64,000 nt of DNA from positions 35,712,001-35,776,000 of the forward strand of contig JBNRSN020000015.1 in assembly GCA_051313645.2 (NCBI GenBank). Reading direction: 5' to 3'. Shown here piece after piece: positions 25,601-37,942 of this stretch. Each line of letters begins with the position of its first letter. Within the stretch, counting starts at the first letter, position 1. The stretch comes from Centroscyllium fabricii. Taxonomy: Eukaryota. A program made the position numbers and the translations under genes. The notes below the pieces were generated by a model. The model had not been told where the DNA came from and did not search any database. It saw only the letters and a program-made list of their open reading frames with translations.

Positions 25601-27092
25601 TGCTATGTGACGTCTCTGTGCAGGATCCACGACCTGTTGTGCCAGTCGCTTGGCGCCGCAAAGTCTTCGATGCCATACATGGGTTGCCACACCTAGGAAT
25701 GAAGGCCTCCCAGAAGCTGATGACAGCGAAATTCATATGGCATGGCATGCACAAAGACATCCGCGACTGGGCCAACACCTGCGTGGTCTGCCAAAGGGCC
25801 AAGGTTCAGCGTCACATCAAACCTCCGTTGGCCACCTTCACAGTTCCAGAGCGACGTTTTGACCATGTCAACGTGGACCTAATAGGTCCGCTCCCACTCT
25901 CCCATGGCTTTTCACATCCTGACCATGGTTGACCGCACCACCAGATGGCAGGAGGCGGTTCCACTCTCATCCACTACTTCAGTGGATGTGGCCAAGGCGT
26001 TCATCTCCTCGTGGGTCGCCCGTTTCGGAGTTCCCGCTGATATTTCATCCGACAGGGGACCGCAGTTCTCCTCCAAACTCTGGAACATGGTGGCCCAAGG
26101 GCTCAGTGTCAAACTGCACCATACCACAGCCTATCATCCACAGGCGAACGGCCTCTGTGAACGCTTCCACCGGTCAATGAAAGCCGCCCTGAGGGCCAGC
26201 CTCCAGGACGCAGGATGGGTAGACAAGCTGCCGTGGGTTCTGTTGGGCCTTCGCACGGCCCCCAAAGCAGACCTTCACTCTTCATCGGTGGAGCTGGTGT
26301 ACGGTCAGCCGCTGAGGGTTCCGGGCGACTTCCTACCAACTTCAACGGAGACGTGGTCTGCATCTGCCCAGCTAGCCAAGCACCAGGAGGCGGCCAGATG
26401 CTTCGCACCGGTACCCACTTCCCATCACGGGCTGCAGAGGTCACACGTACCTACGGAGCTCCACAAGGTGGAATATGTTTTCATCCGCCACGATTCACAG
26501 AGATCCGCTCAAGGCCCAATACACTGGCCCCTTCTGGGTCTTGGAAACGGGGGACAAAACATTCACCATCGACGTCGGTGGTAAAACGGACCACGTCTCG
26601 GTCGACCGCCTAAAGCCGGCACATTTGGACCCCAACCGTCCCGTCGAGACAGCATAGCCGCTGAGGTGAGGTAGGCCACCCGTCATCATTACGGCAGACC
26701 AAGTACGACCGCCTGACAGACCGCCAGCCGCTCAGCAGCCACTGCCTTGAGAATGCAGGAGTCGTTCTGACAGGCTTGTCACACCCCCTCACCGTTTGAC
26801 TTTGTCTGTTAAAGCGAATTCTGGGGGGCGCATGCAGCAGAACCACTGACTAACTGTACATAATTCACTTTAACAAAGTCCTAACACCAGTCTAAACCTG
26901 TGTTAGGCATTGCTGTGCTTTGTATATAGTGTTTGTATATACGGGGCATTTCCCCTTTAAGAGCACGGGAAAACGTCATCGGCTACGGGGCTGCCCAGGC
27001 AGTCCCTGCTACTGTTTCTGAGAGTAAAGACCTCTTTTAATTGTGTTCCTGTGTGGACCTCGTTTCTTAGTGGAAATTTGTTAATTCCCACA
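22700..27092 (+). mobile_element. Gypsy/Ty3 LTR retrotransposon 2, inserted in the 24-bp satellite
   Basis: LTRs about 22700-22990 and 26833-27092, differing by indels. PBS TGGTGAACCC (tRNA-Trp-like). G-rich PPT before the 3' LTR. TSD not clean. Confidence 0.95.
23037..26657 (+). pseudogene. Frameshifted gag-pol of element 2
   Basis: Gag start MAANAVALKLPQFWE, protease LCDTSAQCS, RT YLDDILI, RNase H DRELLA, integrase SDRGPQF and HPQANGLCER. Many frameshifts. Confidence 0.95.
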
Positions 27093-30000
27093 ACGGCAAT
27101 CTTCACAAGAAACAATGCGGCAATTTTCACAAGAGAAATGAGGGAATCTTCACAAGAAACAATGCGGCAACCTTCACAAGAAACACCGCAGCAATCTTCA
27201 CAAGAAACATGGCAGCAAACTTCACAAGAAAAAATGCGGCAATCTTCACAAGAAACAACACAGCATTCTTCACAAGAAACAACATGGCAATTTTCACAAG
27301 AGCAATGCGGCAATTTTCACAAGAAATAATGTGGCAATCTTCACAAGAAGCAATGTGGCAATCTTCACAAGAAGCAATGTGGCAATCTTCACAAGAAACA
27401 ACACGGCAATCTTCACAAGAAACAATGTGGCAATCTTCACAAGAAACAACACGGCAATCTTCACAAGAAACATGGCAAACATCTTCACAAGAGAATTGCG
27501 GCTGTCTTCACAAGAAACAACACAACAACCTTTACAAGAAACAACACAGCAATCTTCACAAGTAACAACACAGCAATCTTCACAAGTAACAAAGCGACAA
27601 TCGTCACAAGAGACAGCGCGGCAATCTTCACAAGGAATAACACGGCAATATTCACTAGATTCAAAGCGGCAATCTTCACAAGAAACAACACAGCAACCTT
27701 CACAAGAAACAACACAGCAAACTTCACAAGAAGCAATGTGGCAATCTTCACAAGAGGAGTGCAGCAATCTTCATAAGAAACAATGTGGCAATTTTCACAA
27801 CAAAGACGGCAATCTTCACTAGAAACAACACAGCAATCTTCACAAGAAACAAAACAGCAATCTTCACAAGAAACAACACAGCAATCTTCACAAGAAACAT
27901 GGCAGCAATCTTCACAAGAAACAACACAGCAATCTTCAGTGGAAACAACACGGCAATGTTCACAAGAGTCAAAGCGGCAATCGGCAGCAGAAACAACACA
28001 GCAATCCTCACGAGAAACAACACAGCAATTTTCACACGAAATAACACAGCGACCTGCACACAAAACAACACAGCAATCTTCACAACAAAGTGGCAAACTT
28101 CACAAGAAGCAATGCAGCAATCTTCATAAGAAACACAGCAACTTTCACAAGAAACAACACAGCGATCTTCACAAGAAACAACACAGCAATCTTAACAAGA
28201 TGCAACACAGCAAATGTCATGAGTAGCAACACAGCAACATTCATGAGAAACACGGTGATGTTCACGAGAAACAACATGGCAATCTTTACAAGAAGCAACA
28301 CAGAAATCTTCGCAAGAAACAACGCAGCAGTCTTCACAAGAAATATAGCAATATTCATGAGAAACAATGAAGCAATCTTCACAAGAAACAACGCGGCAAT
28401 CTTCACAAGAAAGAACACGGCAATCTTCACCAGAAACACAGCAATCATCACGAGAAAAAACACGGCAATCGTCACAAGAAAGAATGTGGCAATATTCACA
28501 AGAAACAACACAGCAATCGTCACAAGAAACAACACGGCAATCTTCACAAGAAACAACATGGCAATCTTCACACGAAACAACACGGCAATCTTCACACGAA
28601 ACAACACGGCAATCTTCACAAGAAACAACACAGCAATCTTCACAAGAAACAACACGGCAATCATCACAAGAAACAACACGGCAATCTTCACAAGAAATAA
28701 AGTGGCAATCTTCACAAGAAACAACACAGCAATCTTCACAAGAAACAACACAGCAATCTTCACAAGAAATAACACGGCAATCTTCACAAGAAGCAAAATG
28801 GCAATCTTCACAAGAAACAACACAGCAATCTTCACAAGAAACAACGCGGCAATCTTCACAAGAAACAACACAGCAATCTTCACAAGACGCAACATGGCAA
28901 TCTTCACAAGAAACAACACAGCAATCATCACAAGAAACAACACAGCAATCTTCACAAGAAACAAAGTGGCAATCGTCACAAGAAACAACACAGCAATCTT
29001 CACAAGAAACAAAGTGGCAATCGTCACAAGAAACAACATGGCAATCTTCACACGAAACAAAGTGGCAATCGTCACAAGAAACAACACAGCAATCTTCACA
29101 AGAAACAACATGGCAATCTTCACAAGAAACAACACGGCAATCTTCACAAGAAACAACACGGCAATCTTCACAAGAAACAACACGGGATTCTTCACAAGAA
29201 ACAACACAGCAATCTTCACAAGAAACAAAGTGGCAATCATCAAAAGAAACAACACGGCAATCTTCAAAAGAAACAACACAGCAAACTTCACAAGAAACAA
29301 CACGGCAATCTTCACAAGAAACAACACAGCAATCTTCACAAGAAACAACACGGCAATCTTCACAAGAAACAACACAGCGAACTTCACAAGAAGCAACATG
29401 GCAATCTTCACAAGAAACAACACAGCAATCTTCACAAGAAACAACACGGCAATCTTCACAAGAAACAACACAGCAATCATCACAAGAAACAACACAGCAA
29501 TCTTCACAAGAAACAAAGTGGCAATCTTCACAAGAAACAACACAGCAATCTTCACAAGAAACAAAGTGGCAATCGTCACAAGAAACAATACAGCAATCTT
29601 CACAAGAAACAAAGTGGCAATCATCACAAGAAACAACACGGCAATCTTCACACGAAACAAAGTGGCAATCGTCACAAGAAACAACACAGCAATCTTCACA
29701 AGAAGCAATGTGGCAATCTTCATCTGAGCAATGCAGCAATCTTCATATGAGCAATGCAGCCTTCTTAACAAGATACAATTAGGCAATCTTCACAAGAAGC
29801 AACACAGCAATCTTCACAAGAAACATGGCAGCAATCTTCACAAGAGCAATGCGGCCATCCTCACAAGAAACAACACCACAATCTTCACAAGAAACAACAT
29901 GGCAATCTTCACAAGAGCAATGCGGCAATCTGCACAAGAAACAATGCAGAAATTATCACAAGAAACAATGTGGCAATCTACACAAGAAACAATGTGGCAA

Positions 30001-31303
30001 TCTTCACAAGAAACAATGCGACAATCTGCACAAGAAACAATGCAGAAATTTTCACAAGAATCAAAGCGGCAATCTTCAGAAGAAACAACACAGCAATCTG
30101 CACAAGAAACAATGCAGAAATTTTCACAAGAATCAAAGCGGCAATCTTCAGAAGAAACAACACAGCAATCTGCACAAGAAACAATGCAGAAATTTTCACA
30201 AGAAACAATATGGCAATCTGCACAAGAAACAATGCGGCAGTCGTCACAATAAACAACACAGCAATCTTCACAAGTAGCAAAGCAGCAATCCTCACAAGAA
30301 ACGGAATGGCAATTTTCACAAGAAACAACATGGCAATCTTCACAAGAAACAACGTGGCAAACTTCACAAGAAACAATGTGGCAATCTTCACAAGAAGAAG
30401 CATGGCAATCTTCACAAGAAACATGGCAGCAATCTTCACAAGAGCAATGCGGCAATCTTCACAAGAAACAATGCGGCAACCTTCACAAGAACAAACACAG
30501 CAATCTTCACAAGAAACATGGCAATCTTCACAAGAAACAACATGGCAATCTACACAAGAAACAACATGGCAATCTTCACAAGAAACAACACAGCAATCTT
30601 CACAACAAACAACACAGCAATGCTCACAAGAAACAACACAGCAATCTTCACAAGAAACAACACAGCAATCTTCACAAGAAACAACATGGCAATCGTCACA
30701 AGAAACACCACAGCAATCTTCACAAGAAACAAAGCGGCAATCTTCACAAGAGCAATGCGGCAATCTTCACAGGAAACAACACAGAAATTTTCATAAGAAA
30801 CAACACAGCAATGCTCACAAGAAACAACACAGCAATCTTCACAAGAAACAACACAGCAATCTTCACAAGAAACAGTGTGGCAATCTTCACAAGAAAAAAA
30901 GCGGCAATCCTCTCTAGAAACAACACAGCAATTGTCACAAGAAAAACAACAAATCTTCACAAGAAACAAAGCGGCAATCTTCACAAGTAACAACACGGCA
31001 ATTTTCACAAGTAACAACACGGCAATCTTCACATAAAACAAAATGTCAATCTTCACAATAAACACAACAAATCTTCACAAGAAACACAACAAATCTTCAC
31101 AAGAAATAACATGGCAATCTTCACAAGTAACAACATGGCAATCTTCACAAGTAGCAACACAGCAATCTTCACAAAGAACTTAACAAATCTGCACAAGAAA
31201 CAACACGGCAATCTTCACATGAAACAAAATGTCAATCTTCACAAGAAGCAACACAGCATTCTTCACATGAAACGCAGCAATCTTCACAAGAAACAACATA
31301 GCA

Positions 31304-32255
31304 ATAGAGTCATAGAGTTATACAGCACAGAAAGAGGCCCTTCGGCCCATCACATCCACGCCGGCCCTCAAGACCTGTCTATTCTAATCCCATTTTCCAG
31401 CATTTGGTCCGTAGCCTTGTATTCTATGGCATTTCAAGTGCTCATCTAAATGTTTCTTGAATGTTGTGAGGGTTCCTGCCTCTACCACCCTTTCAGGCAG
31501 TGAGTTCCAGATTCCAGCCACCCTCTGGGTGAAAAAGTTCTTCCTCAAATCCCCTCTAAACCTCCTGCCCCTTACCTTGAAACTATGCCCACTTGTTATT
31601 GATCCCTCTACTAAGGGAAAAAGTTCCTTTCTATCTAGCCTATCTATGCCCCTCATAATTTTGTACACCTCAATCAGGTCCCCCCTCAGCCCTCTCTGCT
31701 CCAAGGAAAACAGCCCCAGCCTGTCCAGCCTTACTTCATAGCTGAAGAGCTCCAGCCCAGGTAACATCCTGGTGAATCTCCTCTGCACACTCTCCAAAGC
31801 AATCACATCCTTCCTATAGTGCGGCGACCAGAACTGCACACAGTACTCCAGCTGTGGCCTTACCAGTGTTTTGTACAGCTCCATCATAACCTCCCTGCTC
31901 TCATATTCTATGTCTCGGCTAATGAAGGCAAGTATCCCATATGACTTTTTAACCACCTATCCTGCTGCCTTCAGGGTTCTGTTCATGCACACCAAGGTCC
32001 CTCTGATCCTCTGTCTTTTCTAGGGTCTTACCATTCATTGTGTATTCCCTTGCCTTGTTAGCCGTTCCAAAATGCATCACCTCACACTTTTCAGGGTTAA
32101 AGTCCATTTGCCACTGTTCCGCCCATCTGACCAACCCATCTAGATCGCCCTGCAGACTGAGGCTTCCCACCTCGCTATTTACCACACAATCAATTTTCGT
32201 GTCATCTGCGAACTTACTGATCAAACCTTTTACATTCATATCCAAATCATTAATG
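31304..32255 (-). mobile_element. 5'-truncated CR1 LINE inside the 24-bp satellite
   Basis: KFADDTK, LVRPQLEYCVQFWSP and FFTQRV motifs. (CTCTAT)-type tail. Confidence 0.95.
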
Positions 32256-33109
32256 CATCTTCACAAGAAACAACATGGCAAACTTCACAAGAAACAACGC
32301 GGCAACCTTCACAAGAAACAGCGCGGCAATTTTCACAAGAAGCAACACAGCAATCTTCACAAGAAACAACACAGCAACCTTCACAAGAAACAACACAGCA
32401 TTCTTCACAAGAAACAACACAGCAATCTTCACAAGAAACAACACGTCAATTTTCACAAGAAACAAAGCGGCAGTCTTCACAAGAAATAACACGGCAATCA
32501 TCACAAGAAACAACACGGCAATCTTCACAAGAAACAAAGTGGCAATCTTCACAAGAAACAACACGGCAATCTTCACAAGAAACAACATGGCAATCTTCAC
32601 AAGAAACAACACGGCAATCTTCACAAGAAGCAAAATGGCAATCTTCACAAGAAACAACACAGCAATCTTCACAAGAAACAACACGGCAATCTTCACAAGA
32701 AACAACACGGCAATCTTCACAAGTAACAACATGTTAATCTTCACAAGAAGCAACACAGCAATCTTCACAATAAACAAAGCTGCAATCTTCACAAGAAAGA
32801 ATACAACAATCTTCACAAGAAACGATGCGGAAATCTTCACAAGAAACAACAAAGCAATCTGCACAAGAACCAACACAGCCATTTTCACAAGAAACAACAC
32901 GGCAAGCTGCACAGGAAACAAAGCAGCAATCTTAAGAAACAACATGGCAATCTTCACAGGAAACAAAGCAGCAATCTTCACAAGAATCAATGCGGCAATC
33001 TTCACAAGAAGCAACACTGCACTTTTCATAAGACACAATTCTGCTATCAGTTTCATTAGGATATAATGCAGGATCTCTTGCAACAGATAATGCATGACAT
33101 TATCTTCAT

Positions 33110-33425
33110 GGGCGGCACGGTAGCATAGTGCCTCACTGTGCCAGGGGCCTGGGTTCAAATCCGGCCTCGGGTGACTATCTGTGTGGAGTTTGCACATTCT
33201 TCCCGTGTCTACGTGAGTTTCCTCCGGGTGCTCCGGTTTCCTCCCACAGTCCAAAGATGTGTGAGTTAGGTTGATTGACCATGATAAATTGACGCTTAGT
33301 GTTAGGGGGATTAAATATGTGGGCTTACGGGGGATAAGGTGGGATATGTGTCGGTGCAGGCTCGATGGGCCGAAATGGCCTCGATCTGCACTGTAGGGAT
33401 TCTCTGATTCTTCTATGATTCTATG
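33110..33425 (+). mobile_element. HE1 V-SINE
   Basis: gggcggcacggtagc head, V-domain, (ATTCTATG) tail. Confidence 0.92.
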
Positions 33426-34060
33426 AAAAATCTTGCTGCATATTCAGAAGGGAAAATGTTGCATCCCTCAAGAAACAACGCAGCACGCCAGGGGAACAAA
33501 TGCAGGATTTCTTGCAACAAACAACAAAGTTGCCTCCCATAGAAAAGGAAACAGAGCATCAAATGCAACAGTGAACAGTACAGCTTCCCTCAGAACAGTA
33601 AAGTTTGCAAGGTACCTCACAGATGGAAGCAGTGCAGCATCCCTCAGAAATGGAATCTGTACAATCCCTTGCAATAGAAAACAATGCAGCATTCTGAAAA
33701 TTAAGTAAACCTCACCAACCTTCACGCAAAACAATGCAGCATCTCTTGCAACAGAAAACAATGCAGCAATCTGTGATAAAATATATATGTTCATCAGACT
33801 GTGCTTTTCACCTGGATTTACCTGTACTGTGAATGTATGGAATGTATGTACCGCCCACCTTTGTCTATTGTATATGTTGGGCTCTGCCCTTGTCTTTTGT
33901 CATACAAAGGACTCCAGAACGGCTTAAGCCATTTGACCTGGAGAACTCAGTGTGGGATCATGCACCACAGTTCTTAGTTATTAAAAGCCTGCCTTTATGT
34001 CCTTAAACCTCTCGCTTGGATTATTGATGGCCTATCAATTTTAATAACTAAAACATCGAG

Positions 34061-37000
34061 ATGGATCGGCTCCTGATACCAGAGCGCTTAGATTTATACC
34101 CTCATGCCTCTGATGCCACCACACAGTTCGGACACTGGTTCCAGTGTTTCGAATTTTTTCTGGAAACCTCCGCCGCCACGATAGCAGCCGCAACCGCCAC
34201 CGGGGTCGTGAAGCTGGATATCCTATGGAATCGGATAAGCCATCGGGTCTCAATCCTCATTAAGGATGCCCCCAGCTATGAAGATGCCTGCACCACCCTG
34301 AAGGCCCACTACGTGCGACCAGTGAACGAGGTATACGCCAGACATCTTCTAACTACCCGCAAGCAGCTGGAGGATTTTATGTTGCACCGAAGAGTACTGG
34401 GCAGAGACTGTAATTGTAAGGCTGTGTCTGCCACCGTGCACACAGAGGAGCTGATCCATGATGCCTTCGTTGCAGGCCTCAGCTCGAACTACATCAGGCA
34501 GAGGCTGTTCGAGAAAGAGAAGCTAGATTTAAAGCAAGCAATGGACATAGCGCGATCGCTAGATATGGCCCAGAGGAACGCTGAGTCTTACTCCTCAGGC
34601 CACACGGTCCACCCCGCCTCGTGTGCGGCGCCATCTTGCAAGCCATCTTCAACTCCTGGTTTTCAGGCCAGCGCAGCACCCTCAGAGTCCCAGCCTCCAC
34701 CAAGGAGCCCCACTACTGCCGTGATGCATCGGGGCCCGAAATGTTACTTCTGCAGTCAGGACAGGCACTCGAAGCTTCTGTGCCCCCGAAAGGCACCACC
34801 TGTTTCAGATGCAGGAAGAAAGGACACTTCAGCAAGGTCTGCAGAGGGAACCCTGCACCCAGCTCCTCCACCGCCGCGTGCGGGCGGCCATCTTGGTTGC
34901 CACCTTGCCCCGACTCTTCCAGCTCCCCCACCGCCGCGTGCGCGCCAGGGAGCAGCCATCTTGGTCGCCATCTTGCCCCAACTCCACGGCCCCCCAGGAC
35001 CTGCTGGTGGCCTCGATCACGGTGGACCAGTCCAGGCCACACCCACTGTCTAAATCGATGATGGACATAAGAGTCAACGGGAACAATGTTAAATGCCTGA
35101 TTGACTGCGGGAACACCGATAGCTTCATCCACCCCAGTCTGGTGAAGAAACTCTCACTAACAGCAGTCCCTACACAAGGCAAAATCACCATGGTGGATAA
35201 AACACACACCTCACATATTACAGGGTTCTGCATGGTTATGTTGTCAGTCAAGGGCTACGATTATAAAGATTTTAAACTACTGGTAATACCAGACCTCTGT
35301 GTGAGCGTGATCTTGGGTCTGGATTTTCAGCGCCACCACCAAAGTATCACGCTCACCTTCGGTGGGTCCCAGCCGCCCCTCACACTGGGCGGTCTGGCTA
35401 CCCTGAAGGTCAAGCCGCCCTCCCTGTTCGCCAATCTCGCTCCGAACTGTCGCCCCATAGCGACCAAGAGCAGGCAGTACAGCCGGGAGGACAGATGGTT
35501 CATTGCGACGGAAGTTGAAAGACTACGGCGGGAGGGTATTATTGAATGCAGTACCAGCCCGTGGCGTGCCCAGGTGGTAGTAGTCAAGGGGAGCGAAAAG
35601 AAACGGATGATGATAGATTATAGCCAGACGGTTAACCTATGCACCCAGCTGGATGCCTACCTCCTGCCCCGCATATCAGATATGGTCAACAAAATCGCCC
35701 AATACCGGGTGTTTTCCACCATTGACCTGAAATGGGCATACCACCAGCTCCCCCTTAGGCCGGAGGACCATCCATGTACCACCGTTGAGGTGAACGGACG
35801 CCTCTACCACTTCCTCAGAGTCCCCTTCGGGGTAACGAATGGGGTCTCGGTCTTCCAGAGGGAGATGGACCGCATGGTCGACGAGAACCAGTTAGCAGCC
35901 ACTTTCCCATACCTTGACAACGTCACCATCTGCGGCCACAACCAACAAGACCACGACTCGAACCTTGCAAGGTTCATGAAAACCGCCCACAGGCTCAACC
36001 TCACCTATAACGAGGATAAGTGCGTTTTTAATACCACGCGCCTCTGCACCCTGGGCTGCGTGGTGGAAAACAGGGTAATCGGTCCGGACCCGACCCATTG
36101 CGCACCCTACAGGAGCTCCCCCTACCAAGCACCCCGAAGGCCCTGAAAAGGTGCCGGGGGTTCTTCTCCTACTACGCCGAATGGGTCCCCAATTACGCCG
36201 ACAAGGCCCGCCCCCTCCTGAAATCAATATCCTTCCTGCTCACGGCCGAGGCCCACACTGCCTTCAACAGTATCAAGCGTGATATTGAGAAGGCCGCGCT
36301 GCAGGCAGTAGACGAAGACGTCCCTTTCCAGGTGGAAAGCAACGTGTCTGACTTCGCCCTAGCAGCCACCCTCAATCAGGGTGGGTGGCCCGTGGCCTTT
36401 TTCCCAAGAACCCTCCAAGGGCCCGAGACCAGGTACTCTTCGGTAGAGAAAGAGGCCCAGGCTATAGTGGAGGCAGTGCTGCACTGGAGGCACTACCTAG
36501 CCGGGAAATACTTCACCCTGCTTACCGACCAGCGGTCGTTAGCCTTCATGTTTTATAATAAACAGAGGGGGAAGATCAAAAATGACAAAATCCTCAGGTG
36601 GCGGGTCGAACTCTCTACGTTCGAGTATGATATTATATACAGGCCGGGGGCCCTAAACCAATCTCCCGACGCTCTATCACAAGGGATGTGTGCCAGCATC
36701 CAGGGAGACAGGCTACAGGCCCTCCACAATGACCTCTACCACCCGGGAGTCACCTGGCTATTCCACCTGATAAAATCCCGTAACCTGCCCTATTCCATTA
36801 AAGAGGTCCGGTCATGACCAGGAACTGCCGCATCTGCGCGGAGTGCAAGCCCCGATTTTACAGGCCCGTCTGAGCCCACCTGATCAAAGCTACATGGCCA
36901 TTTGAGCGCCTAAGCTTAGACTGCAAGGGATCCCTCCCCTCCACCAATCGCAATGTGTACTTCCTCAATATCGTGGACGAGTACTCCCGCTTCCCATTCA

Positions 37001-37751
37001 TCTTCCCCTGCCCAGACATGACCAGTGCCACGGTCATCAAGTGCCTCAGCAGCCTGTTTTGCATGTTCGGCATGCCAAGCTACATCTACTCTGACAGAGG
37101 TGCGTTGTTTATGAGCGATGAGCTACGCCAATACCTGCTGTCAAAAGGGATAGCCACGAGTCGGACCACGAGTTACAACCCCCAGGGTAATGGGCAAGTG
37201 GAGAGGGAGAACGCAACAGTGTGGAAGGTGGTCATCTTAGCGTTAAGGTCTAGAGACCTCCCTATCTCCCGCTGGCAGGAGGTACTCCCGGAGGTACTCC
37301 ACTCGATCAGGTCGCTCCTGTGCACCGCGAACAATACCACCCCTCACGAGATGATGTTTACGTTTTCCCGCAAATCAACTTCAGGGGTGTCCCTACCCTC
37401 ATGGCTCTCCACCCCAGGATCCGTTCTACTACGGCAGCATGTGAGAGGCCACAAAACGGACCCCCTGGTAGAGGCAGTACACCTACTGCACGCGAACCCA
37501 CAGTTCGCGTGGCCGACGGGCGTGAGGACACGGTGTCCATAAAGGACCTCGCCCCGGCAGGAGATGATGGCATCCCCCCCGCACCACCCCCAGATGTACC
37601 TGCCACACCCCCACCACATGGGTATGCCCAGGAGGACACCACAGACACCCGACCTGAACCCGAGGTACTGTTACGCCGGTCGGGGCGGACTATCACATCC
37701 CCGGTCAGACTCGGAGATGACGGCATCCCCCCGCACCACCCCCAGAAGTAG
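34061..37751 (+). pseudogene. Frameshifted gag-pol of element 3
   Basis: Gag with CCHC knuckle remnants, protease LIDCGNTDS, RT YLDN (degenerate), RNase H EKEAQA, integrase SDRGA and GNGQVER. Confidence 0.95.
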
Positions 37752-37942
37752 ACACCACAGACACCCGGCCTGAACCCGAGGTACTGTTGTGCCGGTCGTG
37801 GCGGACTATCACACCCCCGGTCAGACTCGGAGATTATGGCACCCCCCCGCACCACTCCCAGAAGTAGACACCACAGACACCTGGCCTGAACCCGAGGTAC
37901 TGTTGCAACGGTCGGGGCGGACTATCACACCCCCGGTCAGAC
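37560..37942 (+). repeat. 116-bp tandem repeat (about 3 copies) at the integrase tail/3' UTR of element 3
   Basis: CACAGACAC anchor recurs at 37640, 37756 and 37872. Confidence 0.9.

Larger units (their letters stand above)
20400..33030. repeat. 24-bp satellite ACAAGAAACAACACAGCAATCTTC with 21-bp variants; about 7.3 kb net, split by Gypsy-2 and a CR1
   Basis: Direct reading. Produces the TRNNTAIF, QETTQQSS, KKQHSNLH, EDCCVVSC and KIAVLFLV ORFs. Array segments: 20400-22699, 27093-31303, 32256-33030. Confidence 0.97.

Noticed and set aside
20400-33030. Long Cys-rich, hydrophobic or Gln/Thr-rich ORFs as real genes (keratin-associated, metallothionein or mucin-like)
   Set aside because: All are alternative frames of one 24-bp satellite. 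They have no unique domains or supported splice structure, and the flanking host exons join in phase without them.
33110-33180. tRNA genes at SINE heads (also about 2110-2180, 13000-13070, 57255-57310)
   Set aside because: A/B boxes only, no full cloverleaf, and each is continuous with a SINE body.
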